Source of the DNA: Dehalococcoidia bacterium
GTDB taxonomy: Bacteria; Chloroflexota; Dehalococcoidia; Bin125
Length of the DNA: 64,000 bases
NCBI GenBank assembly: GCA_963663895.2
Contig: CAXXRD010000001.1
Span: 352,001 to 416,000, forward strand
Direction of reading: 5' to 3'
Shown here: positions 1-10,643 of the stretch, piece by piece
Position numbering within the stretch: position 1 is the stretch's first letter
Layout: every line of letters starts with the position of its first letter
The notes under the pieces: generated by a model
Told to the model about the DNA's origin: nothing
The model's database searches: none
The model's input: only the letters and a program-made list of their open reading frames with translations
Translations under genes and position numbers: made by a program

Positions 1-550
1 CACCTACCTCGCCTTCATCGCCCACGCCGTCGCCCGCGCCCTCCAGCAATTCCCCCGCCTCAACGCTACCTGGCAGGACGGCCAGCTCTTCGAGCGCCGT
101 GACATTAACCTCGGCTTCGCCGTCGACGTGCCCGACGGCCTCGTCGTCCCCGTGGTTCACCAAGCCGATCGCATGAGCATCGCCGACCTGGCACGGGCGA
201 TCGCCGACATCGCCGCCCGTGCCCGTGGCGGCGGCCTCAAGCTCCACGAGATCCGGGGCGGCACCTTCACCATCGACAACACCGGCGCCTTCGGCACCGC
301 CCTGAGCGCTCCCATCATCCACCAACCCCAAGTCGCCATCCTCACCACCGAGGCCATCATCAAGCGTCCCGTCGTCATTCCAAGCACGGACGGCGCCGCG
401 GGCGGTACCGACGCCCTCGCCATCCGGGCCATGATGAACCTCTGCCTCTCCTTCGACCATCGCGCCTTGGACGGCGCCCTCGCCGCCCGCTTCACCGGCC
501 GCGTCAAGAAGATCATCGAAGCGATCGGCCCCGACACGCCCATCCACTAG
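1..550 (+). CDS. Dihydrolipoamide acyltransferase (E2 of a 2-oxoacid dehydrogenase complex), C-terminal part; 5' truncated by window edge
   Basis: Catalytic-domain motifs GLVVPVV, GGTFTIDNTG, PIIHQPQVAIL, LSFDHRALDG; frame runs off the left edge. Confidence 0.93.
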   Translation, partial: TYLAFIAHAVARALQQFPRLNATWQDGQLFERRDINLGFAVDVPDGLVVPVVHQADRMSIADLARAIADIAARARGGGLKLHEIRGGTFTIDNTGAFGTALSAPIIHQPQVAILTTEAIIKRPVVIPSTDGAAGGTDALAIRAMMNLCLSFDHRALDGALAARFTGRVKKIIEAIGPDTPIH

Positions 551-632
551 CCTCCGTGAGCCGCCCGCGCGCCGCACGCGTGTTGGACCGTGCGGCAGCG
601 GAGCAGCGCGCCGGCGAGTTGTGACCGCCCCC

Positions 633-1523
633 CTACCCCACAATTGCGGGCCGCACCTCCCGCCAGAACCGCTCCAGCCGCCGCAACTGTCCGTCCACCC
701 GCCCCGTCTCCCAGGCCGCACCCCCATCCCCCAGCATGAGCAGCACCGACGAAACCCCCGCCTCCCGGTGCGTCCGCAGCGCCTCCGTCATCGCCGCCGC
801 ATCATCGCTCAGCTCTACCATCCACTGAATGGGGAAAGGCTCCCCACTGCGCCCCGCCGCCGCCAGCTCCGCTCGCAGCCGCTGCACCACCGGCTTCGAC
901 CCGCCGACTCCCTCCATCGAGATCCCGATCCAGCCATTGCCGATCCGCGCCGCCCGCCGCTCCGCCGCCTCCACGAAGCCCCCCACGATGATCGGCGGCC
1001 CGCCCGGCGTCAGCGGCTTCGGCTCCATGTTCATCGCCCGGATCGTCGTGAAGCGTCCGGCGAAGTGCACCGGCTCCGCCCCCCAACATACCCGCAGCAC
1101 CGCCACGCCCTCCTCGAACCGCGCCGCCCGCTCCTCGAAGGCCACGCCGAGCGACTCGTACTCAGCCGCGCTCCAACCCATCCCCACTCCCAAGCGAAAC
1201 CGCCCGCCGCTCAGCACGTCCAACTCCGCCGCCTGCTTCGCCACCAGCGCCGGTTGCCGTTGCGGCAGCACCAGGGCCGCGCTCTGCAACAGCAGCCGCT
1301 CCGTCACCGCCGCCAGGTGCGCGAGCAGCGTGAGCGGCTCATGCTGATCGACCGGCGCCGCGTAGAGCGGCCGCTCCCGGCCCGCCTGCTCGTAGGCATA
1401 GGTCACGTGATCGTTGCTCCCCAGCCAATCGAACCCGATCCCCTCCACCCCCTGCGCGAAGTCGCGCGCCTCCGCCCCGTCCATCCCCCAGCCCTGTCCC
1501 GGAAACATCACGCCCAGCTCCAT
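633..1523 (-). CDS. LLM-class (luciferase-like), probably F420-dependent oxidoreductase
   Basis: GFDWLGSNDH, AKQAAELDVLSGGRFRLGVGMGW, PPIIVGG; start re-called at ATG 1523 (MELGVMFP). Confidence 0.85.
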   Translation of the reverse strand: MELGVMFPGQGWGMDGAEARDFAQGVEGIGFDWLGSNDHVTYAYEQAGRERPLYAAPVDQHEPLTLLAHLAAVTERLLLQSAALVLPQRQPALVAKQAAELDVLSGGRFRLGVGMGWSAAEYESLGVAFEERAARFEEGVAVLRVCWGAEPVHFAGRFTTIRAMNMEPKPLTPGGPPIIVGGFVEAAERRAARIGNGWIGISMEGVGGSKPVVQRLRAELAAAGRSGEPFPIQWMVELSDDAAAMTEALRTHREAGVSSVLLMLGDGGAAWETGRVDGQLRRLERFWREVRPAIVG

Positions 1524-1759
1524 CGGAATCCTCCACTTCCCGCCGGCGCCGCCGCCAGCGGCGTCCGCGGCATCCACAATCCCGCCGAGCCTATCAGCGC
1601 CCTCCGCCAAGCCGGCAACGAATCGCCGCAAGATTCGGTTAAGCACCAGGCAGTCCAGCGCGCGATCCGTCAGGCGATCCGTCGCCATTGCCGGTCCCGA
1701 ACCGCTATGCTCACGAGGCCAGCCCTACACCACAGTTCGCGCGCTCATCGGGAAGGCCC

Positions 1760-2020
1760 ATGATCACGAACGAACGCCACGCCGGCGAAGAAGGCGTTAT
1801 CCGCAGCGACATCGCCGAGATGATCGACCGCGCCGCCGCCATGGCCGTCTACGCCTACAACGCCGTCAACCAAGCCCGCGAGCACAACGGCGAAACGATC
1901 GCCGTCCCCCAGACCCTCGTCGAGCGCCTCGCCGAGCAGACCTACACCGACGTTCTCCGCTACTCCCTCGACGAGTGCGCCTGCTCTTGTCACCAAGAGC
2001 AAGACCACGAAGCCAACTGA
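1760..2020 (+). CDS. Small hypothetical protein (86 aa) with C-terminal CxCxCH motif
   Basis: ATG 1760 after GGAAGG; strong GC3 codon bias; ends ...DECACSCHQEQDHEAN. Confidence 0.6.
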   Translation: MITNERHAGEEGVIRSDIAEMIDRAAAMAVYAYNAVNQAREHNGETIAVPQTLVERLAEQTYTDVLRYSLDECACSCHQEQDHEAN

Positions 2021-2106
2021 GCCGCCAACCCCTGCTACCCTAGCCTGCGCTTGCACGGTTGCCGCGCGTCCCCGTCCCGGCCGCGCGGCGTGGGAGAAAG
2101 TAAGAA

Positions 2107-2748
2107 ATGACCACCAGCCAATCCGTCGTCACCGAGAAACGCTACGCCAAAGGCTTCACCTGGCCCGAATACCTCGCCTACATCGGCTCCGGCAGAAACC
2201 TCAGCCGTCCCATGCCCAACGGCAAGCCCCGCCCCAACGGCAGCGAGCGCTTCGGCCGCAACATGGACGAGTTCACCCTCAGCGATGACGAGATCGCCCA
2301 GCTCCGGGCGCTGCCCAAGCTCAAGGTCCTCGTCCTCGGCGAGGACTGGTGCCCGGACGTCTTCCGCGGCGCCCCCGTCGTCGCCGCCATGGCCGAGGCC
2401 GCCGGCTGGAGCTTCCGCATGTTCCAGCGCGACGACAACAAGGACATCATGGCCGAGTTCATGAACAAGCAGGGCGACCAAGAGTTCGAGTCCATCCCCG
2501 TGGCCGTGCTCTACACCCAAGATCACCGCTATCTGGGCCACTGGATCGAGCGGCCCCAGGTCGCCAACGATTACATGGCCGGGATGCAGAAGCGCTTCAC
2601 CAAGGGCCCCGGCGAGAGCGACGCGGACATGCGCAAGCGCATCAACGACGAGTACCGCCAGCTCCAAACCAGCGACGAGTGGGACCGTTGGCGGCACGAA
2701 ACCGTGCGCGAGATCATCGCCCTCGTCCAGCAAGCGCTCGACGCCTAG
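2107..2748 (+). CDS. Thioredoxin-family protein (WCPD type)
   Basis: VLVLGEDWCPDV motif, SIPVAV cis-Pro loop, WIERP. Confidence 0.8.
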   Translation: MTTSQSVVTEKRYAKGFTWPEYLAYIGSGRNLSRPMPNGKPRPNGSERFGRNMDEFTLSDDEIAQLRALPKLKVLVLGEDWCPDVFRGAPVVAAMAEAAGWSFRMFQRDDNKDIMAEFMNKQGDQEFESIPVAVLYTQDHRYLGHWIERPQVANDYMAGMQKRFTKGPGESDADMRKRINDEYRQLQTSDEWDRWRHETVREIIALVQQALDA

Positions 2749-2816
2749 CGACCGGCGCCGCGGCTCCGCTCCTCTCCCCCTCCCCCGGGAGCCGGCCAGA
2801 GGAGCGGCGAAGGCCC

Positions 2817-3611
2817 ATGTCCACTGATCCCCCCGCCTCCAGGCACCGCATCGCCGTGGTCGAGTCCGACCCCGAGCTGCGCGCCGGCAGCGAGGCCTGG
2901 GAACGGCTGGCGGCGGAACTCGGCCGCGCCCAACCCGATCTGCTGGTCCTCAACGAACTGCCCTTCGGCCCCTGGCTGGCCGCCCGCGAGCGCTTCGACG
3001 CCGACGCCTGGCAGGCCTCCATCGCCGATCACGAGGCCGCGATCGCCGCCCTGCCCCAGCTCGGCCCGCCCGCCGTGATCGGCACCCGCCCCGCCGTCCT
3101 GGAGGGGCGGCGCTGCAACCAGGCCTTCCTCTGGACGCGGGAGGGGGGGCTCACGCACCCGCACACCAAGCAGCACATCCCCGACTCGCCCGGCTACCGC
3201 GAGACCACCTGGACCGAGCCCGGCCCCCAACGCTTCGCCACCGCCGACCTGGGGCCGTTGCGCGTCGGCATCCTCATCTGCACGGACATCATGTTCACCG
3301 AGCACGCGCGGGCCTACGGCCGGGCCGGCGCCCATCTGATCGCCGTGCCGCGCGCCACGCCCCCCGGCGCCGCGGCCATCTTCGACGCCGCCCTGCGCAT
3401 GACCGCGATCGTCTCCGGCTGCTACGTCGCCACCTCCAACCGGCGCGGCCGGGACGGCGCCGGCGAGAGGTTCGGCGGGCGCGGCGGCGTCTACGACCCC
3501 CTGGGCGACCCCGTCACCCAGACCTCCGTCCGCCAGCGGCTGCGCCTGCACGAGATCGCCACCGACTACGTCGCCTGGAAGCGGACCGTCTACCCCTGCA
3601 ACGTGGAGTAG
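2817..3611 (+). CDS. Carbon-nitrogen hydrolase (nitrilase/amidase superfamily)
   Basis: Catalytic triad context LNELP (E), HTKQH (K), GILICTD (C); start ATG 2817. Confidence 0.85.
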   Translation: MSTDPPASRHRIAVVESDPELRAGSEAWERLAAELGRAQPDLLVLNELPFGPWLAARERFDADAWQASIADHEAAIAALPQLGPPAVIGTRPAVLEGRRCNQAFLWTREGGLTHPHTKQHIPDSPGYRETTWTEPGPQRFATADLGPLRVGILICTDIMFTEHARAYGRAGAHLIAVPRATPPGAAAIFDAALRMTAIVSGCYVATSNRRGRDGAGERFGGRGGVYDPLGDPVTQTSVRQRLRLHEIATDYVAWKRTVYPCNVE

Positions 3612-3660
3612 CGCGCTCTGGATCAGCGTCGCCGTGATCGCGGCGAAACCAGCAATTGCA

Positions 3661-3718
3661 CGAATATTCGCTTAGCTACACGATTTTACGTGTAGGAAAC
3701 TCGATTAATCGTGTAGGA
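3661..3718. promoter_or_regulatory. AT-rich promoter region with operator-like palindromes upstream of fic
   Basis: CGAATATTCG (3661-3670), CTACACG-N6-CGTGTAG (3676-3695), CGATTAATCG (3702-3711); CGTGTAGGA occurs twice, 21 bp apart. Confidence 0.5.
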
Positions 3719-3750
3719 TTTGGTCGAATAAACGACGGAAAAGATAAAGA

Positions 3751-4836
3751 ATGCGTCTGAAACTCACATACGACAAGGTTCGGGCAACTGCGGGAATGGA
3801 GATCCTCAACCAGAGGCTCTTTGTCCTCAGCAGTCTAATACCACAGGGATTCGAGCCATTCTTCCGCGAAGAGACGCGCTACGAGCGTGCTCGCACATCC
3901 TCGGCGATCGAAGGTCACCACCTTAGCGAGAACGCAGCCCTCCGACTCTTTGTCGAGGGTCCGGATGTGGATGATCCTGCCCAGTTGGAGACCGCCAACT
4001 TGGCTATGGTCTATGAGTTGCTCGGCCATCTTGCTTTAGACGAAACCGTACAGCTTGACGAGGGACTGATCCGAGCAGTGCACTCGATCCTTCTGCGTGG
4101 AGTTGAAGGTCCTCAAGGCGAATCTCGCGGCCGGTACCGCGTTCGACCCGGCGCGATCATCGGTGAATCGTCTCTCGACGTTCGGTATCGACCACCCGCG
4201 CCCGAACAGGTTGCCGAACTGATGGAGCACTTCGTCAGTGATGTGCGGACCTGGCATGAGAATCGCGACGATGCACCGATTACGGCGGCGTTGACACATT
4301 TCGGACTCGTGTCGATCCACCCTTTCGAAGATGGAAACGGCCGGACCGCTCGCGCCGTGGCCGACCTCTTGATGGACCAGGGCAGAGCCACGCTTGGCGG
4401 CCTGCTCACGGTTAGCGCTGCGATCCTGGAAACTCGCGATGAGTACTACAAAGTCTTGGCCGACGTGCAAGGTCCTACGTTCAAAGAAGAGGTCGATGTC
4501 ACGCCATTCATTGATTACCACACACGCGCACTCTCGCTGGCAGCGCTCGAATTAGAGAAGCGGGTCGTGACGATCGCAAAGATACGAAAAGCCCTGGAGG
4601 GCACGGGCCAAGCGCAGCGAACAGTTACAGGCGCAGTTTTCATGGGCCGAGTCGGGCCGATACCCGCCGCTCTCTACGCGAGGTTCAACGGCGTGTCGCA
4701 CAGTACCGCCGTGTCCGACCTCAAGGGAATGATCAAGCGCGGAATGGTCGAAAAGCGAGGCGCTGGCCGAAATACCCGCTACGGCCTTACGGCAGAGTTC
4801 ATGGACAAGGCTAAGCAAGCCGCTTCTGGCTCGTGA
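3751..4836 (+). CDS. Fic-family protein (class II-like AMPylase) with C-terminal wHTH
   Basis: Canonical HPFEDGNGRTAR motif; N-terminal inhibitory motif SSAIEG; C-terminal GVSHSTAVSDLKGMIKRGMVEKRGAGRNTRY; visibly lower GC than flanks. Confidence 0.92.
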   Translation: MRLKLTYDKVRATAGMEILNQRLFVLSSLIPQGFEPFFREETRYERARTSSAIEGHHLSENAALRLFVEGPDVDDPAQLETANLAMVYELLGHLALDETVQLDEGLIRAVHSILLRGVEGPQGESRGRYRVRPGAIIGESSLDVRYRPPAPEQVAELMEHFVSDVRTWHENRDDAPITAALTHFGLVSIHPFEDGNGRTARAVADLLMDQGRATLGGLLTVSAAILETRDEYYKVLADVQGPTFKEEVDVTPFIDYHTRALSLAALELEKRVVTIAKIRKALEGTGQAQRTVTGAVFMGRVGPIPAALYARFNGVSHSTAVSDLKGMIKRGMVEKRGAGRNTRYGLTAEFMDKAKQAASGS

Positions 4837-4921
4837 CCAGCCGCCGCGGCGGGTACGTTACGCCGCCGTCGGTTAACGTGCTTGCAGCAAGTTCGATCGC
4901 GGCGCCGCCGGGCGCCGCCGG

Positions 4922-7900
4922 GTGACCGCCATGCCGGGGCAGCTCTTCACCCAGTACTTCCTCAGCGAGGGCATCCAGGCGACCCCCGAGTGGCGGGAGT
5001 CCGTGGAGCGGCCGGAGCCCTTCGCCGTCTTCGCGCGCGCCGTCGTCGATCACTTCAAAGCATTCAGCGGCTACGCGGACCCCAACGAGGCGACCACCGA
5101 GCAGGATCTGATCCGCCCGCTCCTGGAGCTGCTGGGCTGGCGCGACTACCTGCCGCAGCAGGGCGCGGCCCGCAACGAGGACATCCCCGACCTCCTGCTC
5201 TTCGCCGGCGCCGAGGAGAAGGCGCACGCCGCCGGCCGCGGCCATTCCCAGGAGCGCTACGGGGACGCGCTGCTGATCGAGGAGAGCAAGCGCTTCGGCC
5301 TGCCCCTCGACAACCGCGACCCGGACGACGCCGTGCAACGCAGCACCCCCCACGGCCAGATCCTGCGCTACCTGGCGACGGCGGAGGCGGTTGCGGACGG
5401 ACGGCTGCGCTGGGGCGTCCTCACAAACGGCGGCGTCTGGCGGCTCTACGACTACCGCGCCCGGCCCCGCGCCAGCGGCTACTTCGAAGCCGACCTCAAG
5501 GCGATCCTCCAGTCCGGCGACTCGAACGCCCTGCGCACCTTCTACCTGCTCTTCCGCCGCGAGTCGTTCGTCCCGCGCCGGGGCGGCACCTTCATCGAGA
5601 CGGCTCTGGCCGAGGGACGGCGCTACGAGGAGCAGGTCGCGCAGGACCTCTCCAGCGTGGTCTTCGAGCGGGTCTTCCCCAAGCTCGTGGCAGCTCTGGC
5701 GGACGCGGAGGGGGCGGATCTCGCGGAGGCGCGCCAGGCGGCGCTGATCTTCCTCTACCGGCTGCTCTTCCTGCTCTACGCCGAGGACCGGGGCCTGCTC
5801 CCCGTCGACGACTCCCGCTACGACGACTACGGGCTGCGCAAGCGGGTGCGCGACGACATCGCCGGCCGCATGGACCAGAGCGACACCTTCTCCACCACCG
5901 CCAGCCACTACGGCGACCATCTGACGACGCTCTGCCGGCTGATCGATCAGGGCGACGCCTCCATCGGCCTGCCGCCCTACAACGGCGGCCTCTTCGCCCC
6001 CGAAGCCGCGCCGCTGCTGGACCGGGTCCGCCTGCCGGACGCGATCGTGGCCCCGATCGTCTACGACCTCAGCCACGCCGAGACGCGCGAGGGGCGGCGC
6101 TTCGTCAACTACCGCGACATGTCCGTCCAGCAGCTCGGCTCGATCTACGAGCGGCTGCTGGAGCGGGAGCCGGTGCGCGACGGGGCGGGCGCGATCACCA
6201 TCCGCCCCAACCCCTACGCCCGCAAGGACAGTGGCAGCTTCTACACCCCCCAGGAGCTGGTCGACCTGATCGTGGACCGTACCCTGAAGCCGCTGGCCGA
6301 GGAGCGGCTGCGGGCCTTCGAGGAGAAGTCCAAAGCGCTCAAGAGCGACCGCCGCCCCAAGGCCCAGCGGCTGGCCGAACTGCGCGAGCTGGACCCGGCC
6401 GCGGCCGTGCTCGATCTCAAGGTGCTGGACCCGGCCATGGGCAGCGGCCACTTCCTCGTCACCGCCGTCGACTTCCTCTCGGACTACATCGCCGAGCTGG
6501 TCGAGTACGTCCCGGCCGTGCCGGAATGGCTCGGCGGCGGCAAGGGCGGGAAAGGCGCGGCGGACGCGGCCTACGCCTCGCCGCTGGTGGAGCGGATAGC
6601 GGCGATCCGGGCCGAGATCATCGAGCGGGCGCGGGCGGCGGACTGGGTCCTGGACGCGGCCCAACTCAGCGACCAGGCGATCATCCGCCGCATGGTCCTC
6701 AAGCGCTGCATCTACGGGGTGGACAAGAACCCCCTCACCGTCGAGCTGGCCAAGGTGGCGCTGTGGCTGCACAGCTTCACCGTGGGCGCGCCGCTCTCCT
6801 TCCTCGACCACCACCTGCGCTGCGGCGATTCCCTGATCGGCCTGCGCGTGCTGGAGGCACGGGAGGAGCTGCGGCGGCTGGGGGGACTGTCCGCCAGCTC
6901 CGCCATCGCGGGCGCCGAGAGCGCCGCCTCGGGGATGCAGCGGATCGAGGAGCTGTCCGACGCCGACGTGGCCGAGGTGCGGGAATCCGCCGACCTCTTC
7001 CGGGGCGTCGAAGGGACCACGGCCGACCTGCGGGGGCTGCTCGACATCCTCTGCGGGCTGCGCTGGCTGAGCGCCGGGATGAAGAAGCGGGACCGCGCCG
7101 CCTTCGAGGCGCCGCTCGCGGAGGCGCTGGACCGGCAGCCGGCCCAGGCCTACGCCCTACTGGCCCGGGGCCGGGCAGCCGCCGATCCCACGGCCGATTC
7201 CCAAGCATTCGGGGAGCGCTGGGCGGCCGCCCGATCGCTTGCCGACCGCGAGCGCTTCCTGCACTGGGAGGCGGCCTTCCCCGGCGTCTGGCAGGGGTGG
7301 CAGGACAACAGGCCGCGGGGCGGGTTCGACGCCGTGATCGGCAATCCGCCCTGGGACCGGATCAAATTGCAGGAGGTGGAGTGGTTCGCCACGCGCTCGC
7401 CCGCGCTGGCTCTCGCCGAAACGGCGGCCGCCCGGCGGGCCGCCATCGGGCGGCTGCGGGAGGCGGGCGACCCCCTGGCGGCCGAGTTCGACGCGGCCAA
7501 GGGACGGGCGGAGGCGCTGGCCAAGCTGGTGCGCGGCTGCGGCCACTACCCCCTGCTGGGCGGCGGCGACGTCAACCTCTATTCGCTCTTCGTGGAGCGG
7601 GCCCTGCGCCTGATCAATCCCAACGGCCTGGTGGGGCTGCTCACCCCCTCCGGGATCTACGCCGACAAGAGCGCCGCCCGCTTCTTCCAGTCCCTCTCCA
7701 CGGGCGGGGCGCATCGCCGGCCTCTTCGACTTCGAGAACCGCCGACTCGGCACGGATCTGCCGCCCTTCTTCCCCGACGTGGACTCGCGCTTCAAGTTCT
7801 GCGCCCTCGTCTTCGGCGGCGAGGGGCGGCGCTTCGCCGAGACCGAATGCGCCTTCTTCCTGCACGATGTCGCGACCATCAAGGAGCGGGAGCGCTGCTT

Positions 7901-8981
7901 CCCACTGGCGCCGGACGACTTCGCGAGGGTGAACCCGAACACGGGCACGGCGCCCGTCTTTCGCACGCGGCGCGACGCCGAGATCACCGGCCGCATCTAC
8001 GAGCGGCATCCGGTGCTGGTGGACCGATCGGGCGGCGTAGAGCGCCGCGCCTGGCCCGTGCGCTACGTGCGCATGTTCGACATGACCAACGACTCCGGCC
8101 TCTTCCGCACGGCGGCGCAGTTGGAGGCCGAGGGGTGCTATCCGGTCCAGGGCAACCGCTGGAAAAGGGGCGATGATCTGTTCCTGCCGCTGTACCAGGG
8201 GCGGATGATCCACCAGTTCGACCACCGGGCCAACTCGGTCCGGGTCAACCCGGAGAGCACGCACAATCCCTACCTCAGCGAGGAGGTTAGCAAGGAACAG
8301 CACCGCGACCCCGATTTCCTGCCCCAGTCGCAGTACTGGGTGCCCGCCCAGGAGGTCGAGGAGGATTTCCCACAGAGCCCTGGCTATACATTGGGGTTCC
8401 GGAGCATTACCCGCCCAACGGATGTGCGAACCATGATCGTCGCAACCGTTCCATGGGCTGGCTATGGGAACAGCCTTGGGTTGATAGAAGTTGGAAGTCC
8501 TGAAGTAGCCGCGCTGCTATCGGCCAGTATCAATTCCTTCTGCGTGGATTTCGTTGCAAGGCAGAAGATCCAGGGAGCAAATCTAAATTGGTTCATCTTT
8601 GAACAACTCCCCGTCATCGCCACCAGCGACTACGACCGCCGCTTCGGGGCAGTGAGCGCCCGCGATCTGGTACGGGACCACGTGCTGCGGCTCGTCTACA
8701 CCGCCCACGACATGGCGCCCTTCGCGCGGGACCTCGGCCACGACGGCCCGCCCTTCCTCTGGGACGAAGAGGAGCGCCGCCACCTGCGCGCCCGCCTGGA
8801 CGCGCTCTACTTCCACCTCTACGGCCTCGGCCGGGAGGACGCGGACTACGTGCTGGGCACCTTCCCCATCGTCCGCCGGGAGGACGAGGCCCGCTTCGGC
8901 AGTTACCGCACCCGCGACCTCGTCCTGGCCTACATGAACGCGCTGGCGGCGGGGGACACGGAGGCGGTGGTGGCGGTGTAG
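4922..8981 (+). pseudogene. Type IIG/Eco57I-like fused restriction endonuclease-m6A methyltransferase, split by a single extra base at ~7706-7709 (pseudogene or sequencing error)
   Basis: N-terminal PD...EESK nuclease motif; SGSFYTP, LDPAMGSGHFL (motif I), GNPPW (motif IV); removing one G from GGGG 7706-7709 gives STGGRIAGLFDFENRR and joins ORF 4922-8176 to ORF 7779-8981. Confidence 0.85.
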
Positions 8982-9000
8982 GAAAGATTCGAGAACAAAG

Positions 9001-9017
9001 TCCCTTCAGAGAAGGGA
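9001..9017. terminator. Short hairpin between the convergent R-M and kinase genes
   Basis: TCCCTTC-AGA-GAAGGGA inverted repeat; no clear U tract. Confidence 0.3.
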
Positions 9018-9052
9018 GAAGGGCAGTGGAATGTGATGTGGGCTGAGAACTA

Positions 9053-10570
9053 CTAAGGTCCGAGCCGCCATGAGCCACTGGGATCTTGTTCAGGCATACT
9101 ACGGGGACTGTAAAGTCTACCCTGGGCAGCATCGGCGAACCAACCCATCCACCGCTCAATGAAGTCTTCCTCGTCCCCTTGATCGATAGGAGTGAATTTC
9201 CGAGCAACCTGATACTCGTCTACGACTGTCGAAAGCGCACCATAAGCACTTCGCCCTGGATCCAAAGCGAAGGGTTTAAAAGCGCTTTTTCCTAATAGTG
9301 AAAAGAAGGCTGTCTCGTACCAGCGAAAGACGCCAGGATCGCGAGCATCGCAGTACCACAGTGAGTGAGATCTACCCGTATATCCACGCTGATCAGATGA
9401 AACACGGAGGGCAATGCTAACGCTTGAGTAAGCCACCACCTCAAATGGTGATCTTTCTCCGGATTGCAATTCTGCCATCCTCAATGGATCCACGATCAAC
9501 TTAGCCCCGTTGAGAGACCACAACCAAGGATCGAGCGGTATGCTCAGCAGTTTCTGCACGCTCGACTCGGCTCCATCCAGAGGCCATGCAAATCCTTTCG
9601 ATATCTTGGCCGCAGGCGCGTTCGCCGCGATCTGCTCGCGCAAAATACGCACGATGTGCACCCACGATTTAGCTGCCGCCTCGAACAGATCATGCCGACG
9701 CTCCTTCTCAGATCGAGCAACGGACTGCTGTCGAGCTACTTCGGCTTCTCGTGAAACCGCGATTTGATTGGCTTGCTGGAGCCGCTGCGCCCCCTCCGAG
9801 GCCAGTTGCACGCTCTTTCGCAATTGTGTGAGCAAGTTCTGAGGCGTCGGTCGCGCTTGAGCACTCTTGTTGAGGCATCCGGCAACCAGAGACTGAATCC
9901 TTGGAGGAACGTTTGGTAGTGGCCCTGGATCTTCCCCGAGGTGCTGGCGTCTGTAGTCGGGACCTAGAAAGGGCGGTTGCCCGGCAAGCAACTCGTAGGC
10001 GACCAATCCCGTTGCATACACATCGGTCGCGCTGGTGGCCTGGTCTCCTCGCCATTGCTCTGGAGCCGCATAGGGAGGAGTCATTGCATGTTTGTGTGTG
10101 TCTGGAGCGGTTGTGGCCTCGGCATATCTGGAGATTCCGAAGTCTGCGAGGCACCAGTGTCCGCCCAGTAGAAGGATATTTGCTGGCTTGATGTCTCGAT
10201 GGACGATGCAGCGATCCTCTATCGCCACCAACGCTCCGGCGATATCGACGAGCACTTCTACAGTCGCATCGGCGGAGAGAGGTCCGCCCACTTCGTCGAG
10301 ATACTCTCTCAGCGACTTTTCCGCTCGCGGCATCACGAGAGCCCAGTAGTCGTCCCATTCCCCTCGATCAAGGACCGGCACGACGTTCGGCAGACCATCC
10401 AATTCTTCAAACAGAAGCTCTCGTTTGGCGCCTGGGTCCTTTCGGATGAGCTTGACGACCGCTGGCGTCCCATCCCCTGACTGAGCCAGGTAAACTTTTC
10501 CGAAGCCACCCGCGCCCAGTTGCTCCCCGACGCGCCACCCTTCTTGATCAAGATTGATAACTTCAGGCAT
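9053..10570 (-). CDS. Hanks-type Ser/Thr protein kinase with uncharacterised C-terminal domain (soluble)
   Basis: GAGGFGKVY, VVK, HRDIKPANILL, DFG, APE, DVYATG; ATG 10570 after GAGGG; no TM segment; low GC. Confidence 0.92.
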   Translation of the reverse strand: MPEVINLDQEGWRVGEQLGAGGFGKVYLAQSGDGTPAVVKLIRKDPGAKRELLFEELDGLPNVVPVLDRGEWDDYWALVMPRAEKSLREYLDEVGGPLSADATVEVLVDIAGALVAIEDRCIVHRDIKPANILLLGGHWCLADFGISRYAEATTAPDTHKHAMTPPYAAPEQWRGDQATSATDVYATGLVAYELLAGQPPFLGPDYRRQHLGEDPGPLPNVPPRIQSLVAGCLNKSAQARPTPQNLLTQLRKSVQLASEGAQRLQQANQIAVSREAEVARQQSVARSEKERRHDLFEAAAKSWVHIVRILREQIAANAPAAKISKGFAWPLDGAESSVQKLLSIPLDPWLWSLNGAKLIVDPLRMAELQSGERSPFEVVAYSSVSIALRVSSDQRGYTGRSHSLWYCDARDPGVFRWYETAFFSLLGKSAFKPFALDPGRSAYGALSTVVDEYQVARKFTPIDQGDEEDFIERWMGWFADAAQGRLYSPRSMPEQDPSGSWRLGP

Positions 10571-10616
10571 CTGACCCTCGTTCAACGCTTCACCTATCCC
10601 CTCGGGCTCACTATGC

Positions 10617-10643
10617 AGAGTAAGAGTAAGAGTAAGAGTAAGA
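10617..10643. repeat. Hexamer tandem repeat (AGAGTA)4, i.e. (TACTCT)4 on the minus strand
   Basis: agagta x4 at 10617-10640 plus partial aga. Confidence 0.95.

Noticed and set aside
4811-7932. Very long alternative-frame and antisense ORFs (e.g. 4882-7932, 4811-6814) and similar ones throughout
   Set aside because: Arg/Pro/Gly-rich shadow ORFs expected at high GC; no recognisable motifs and they overlap well-supported genes.
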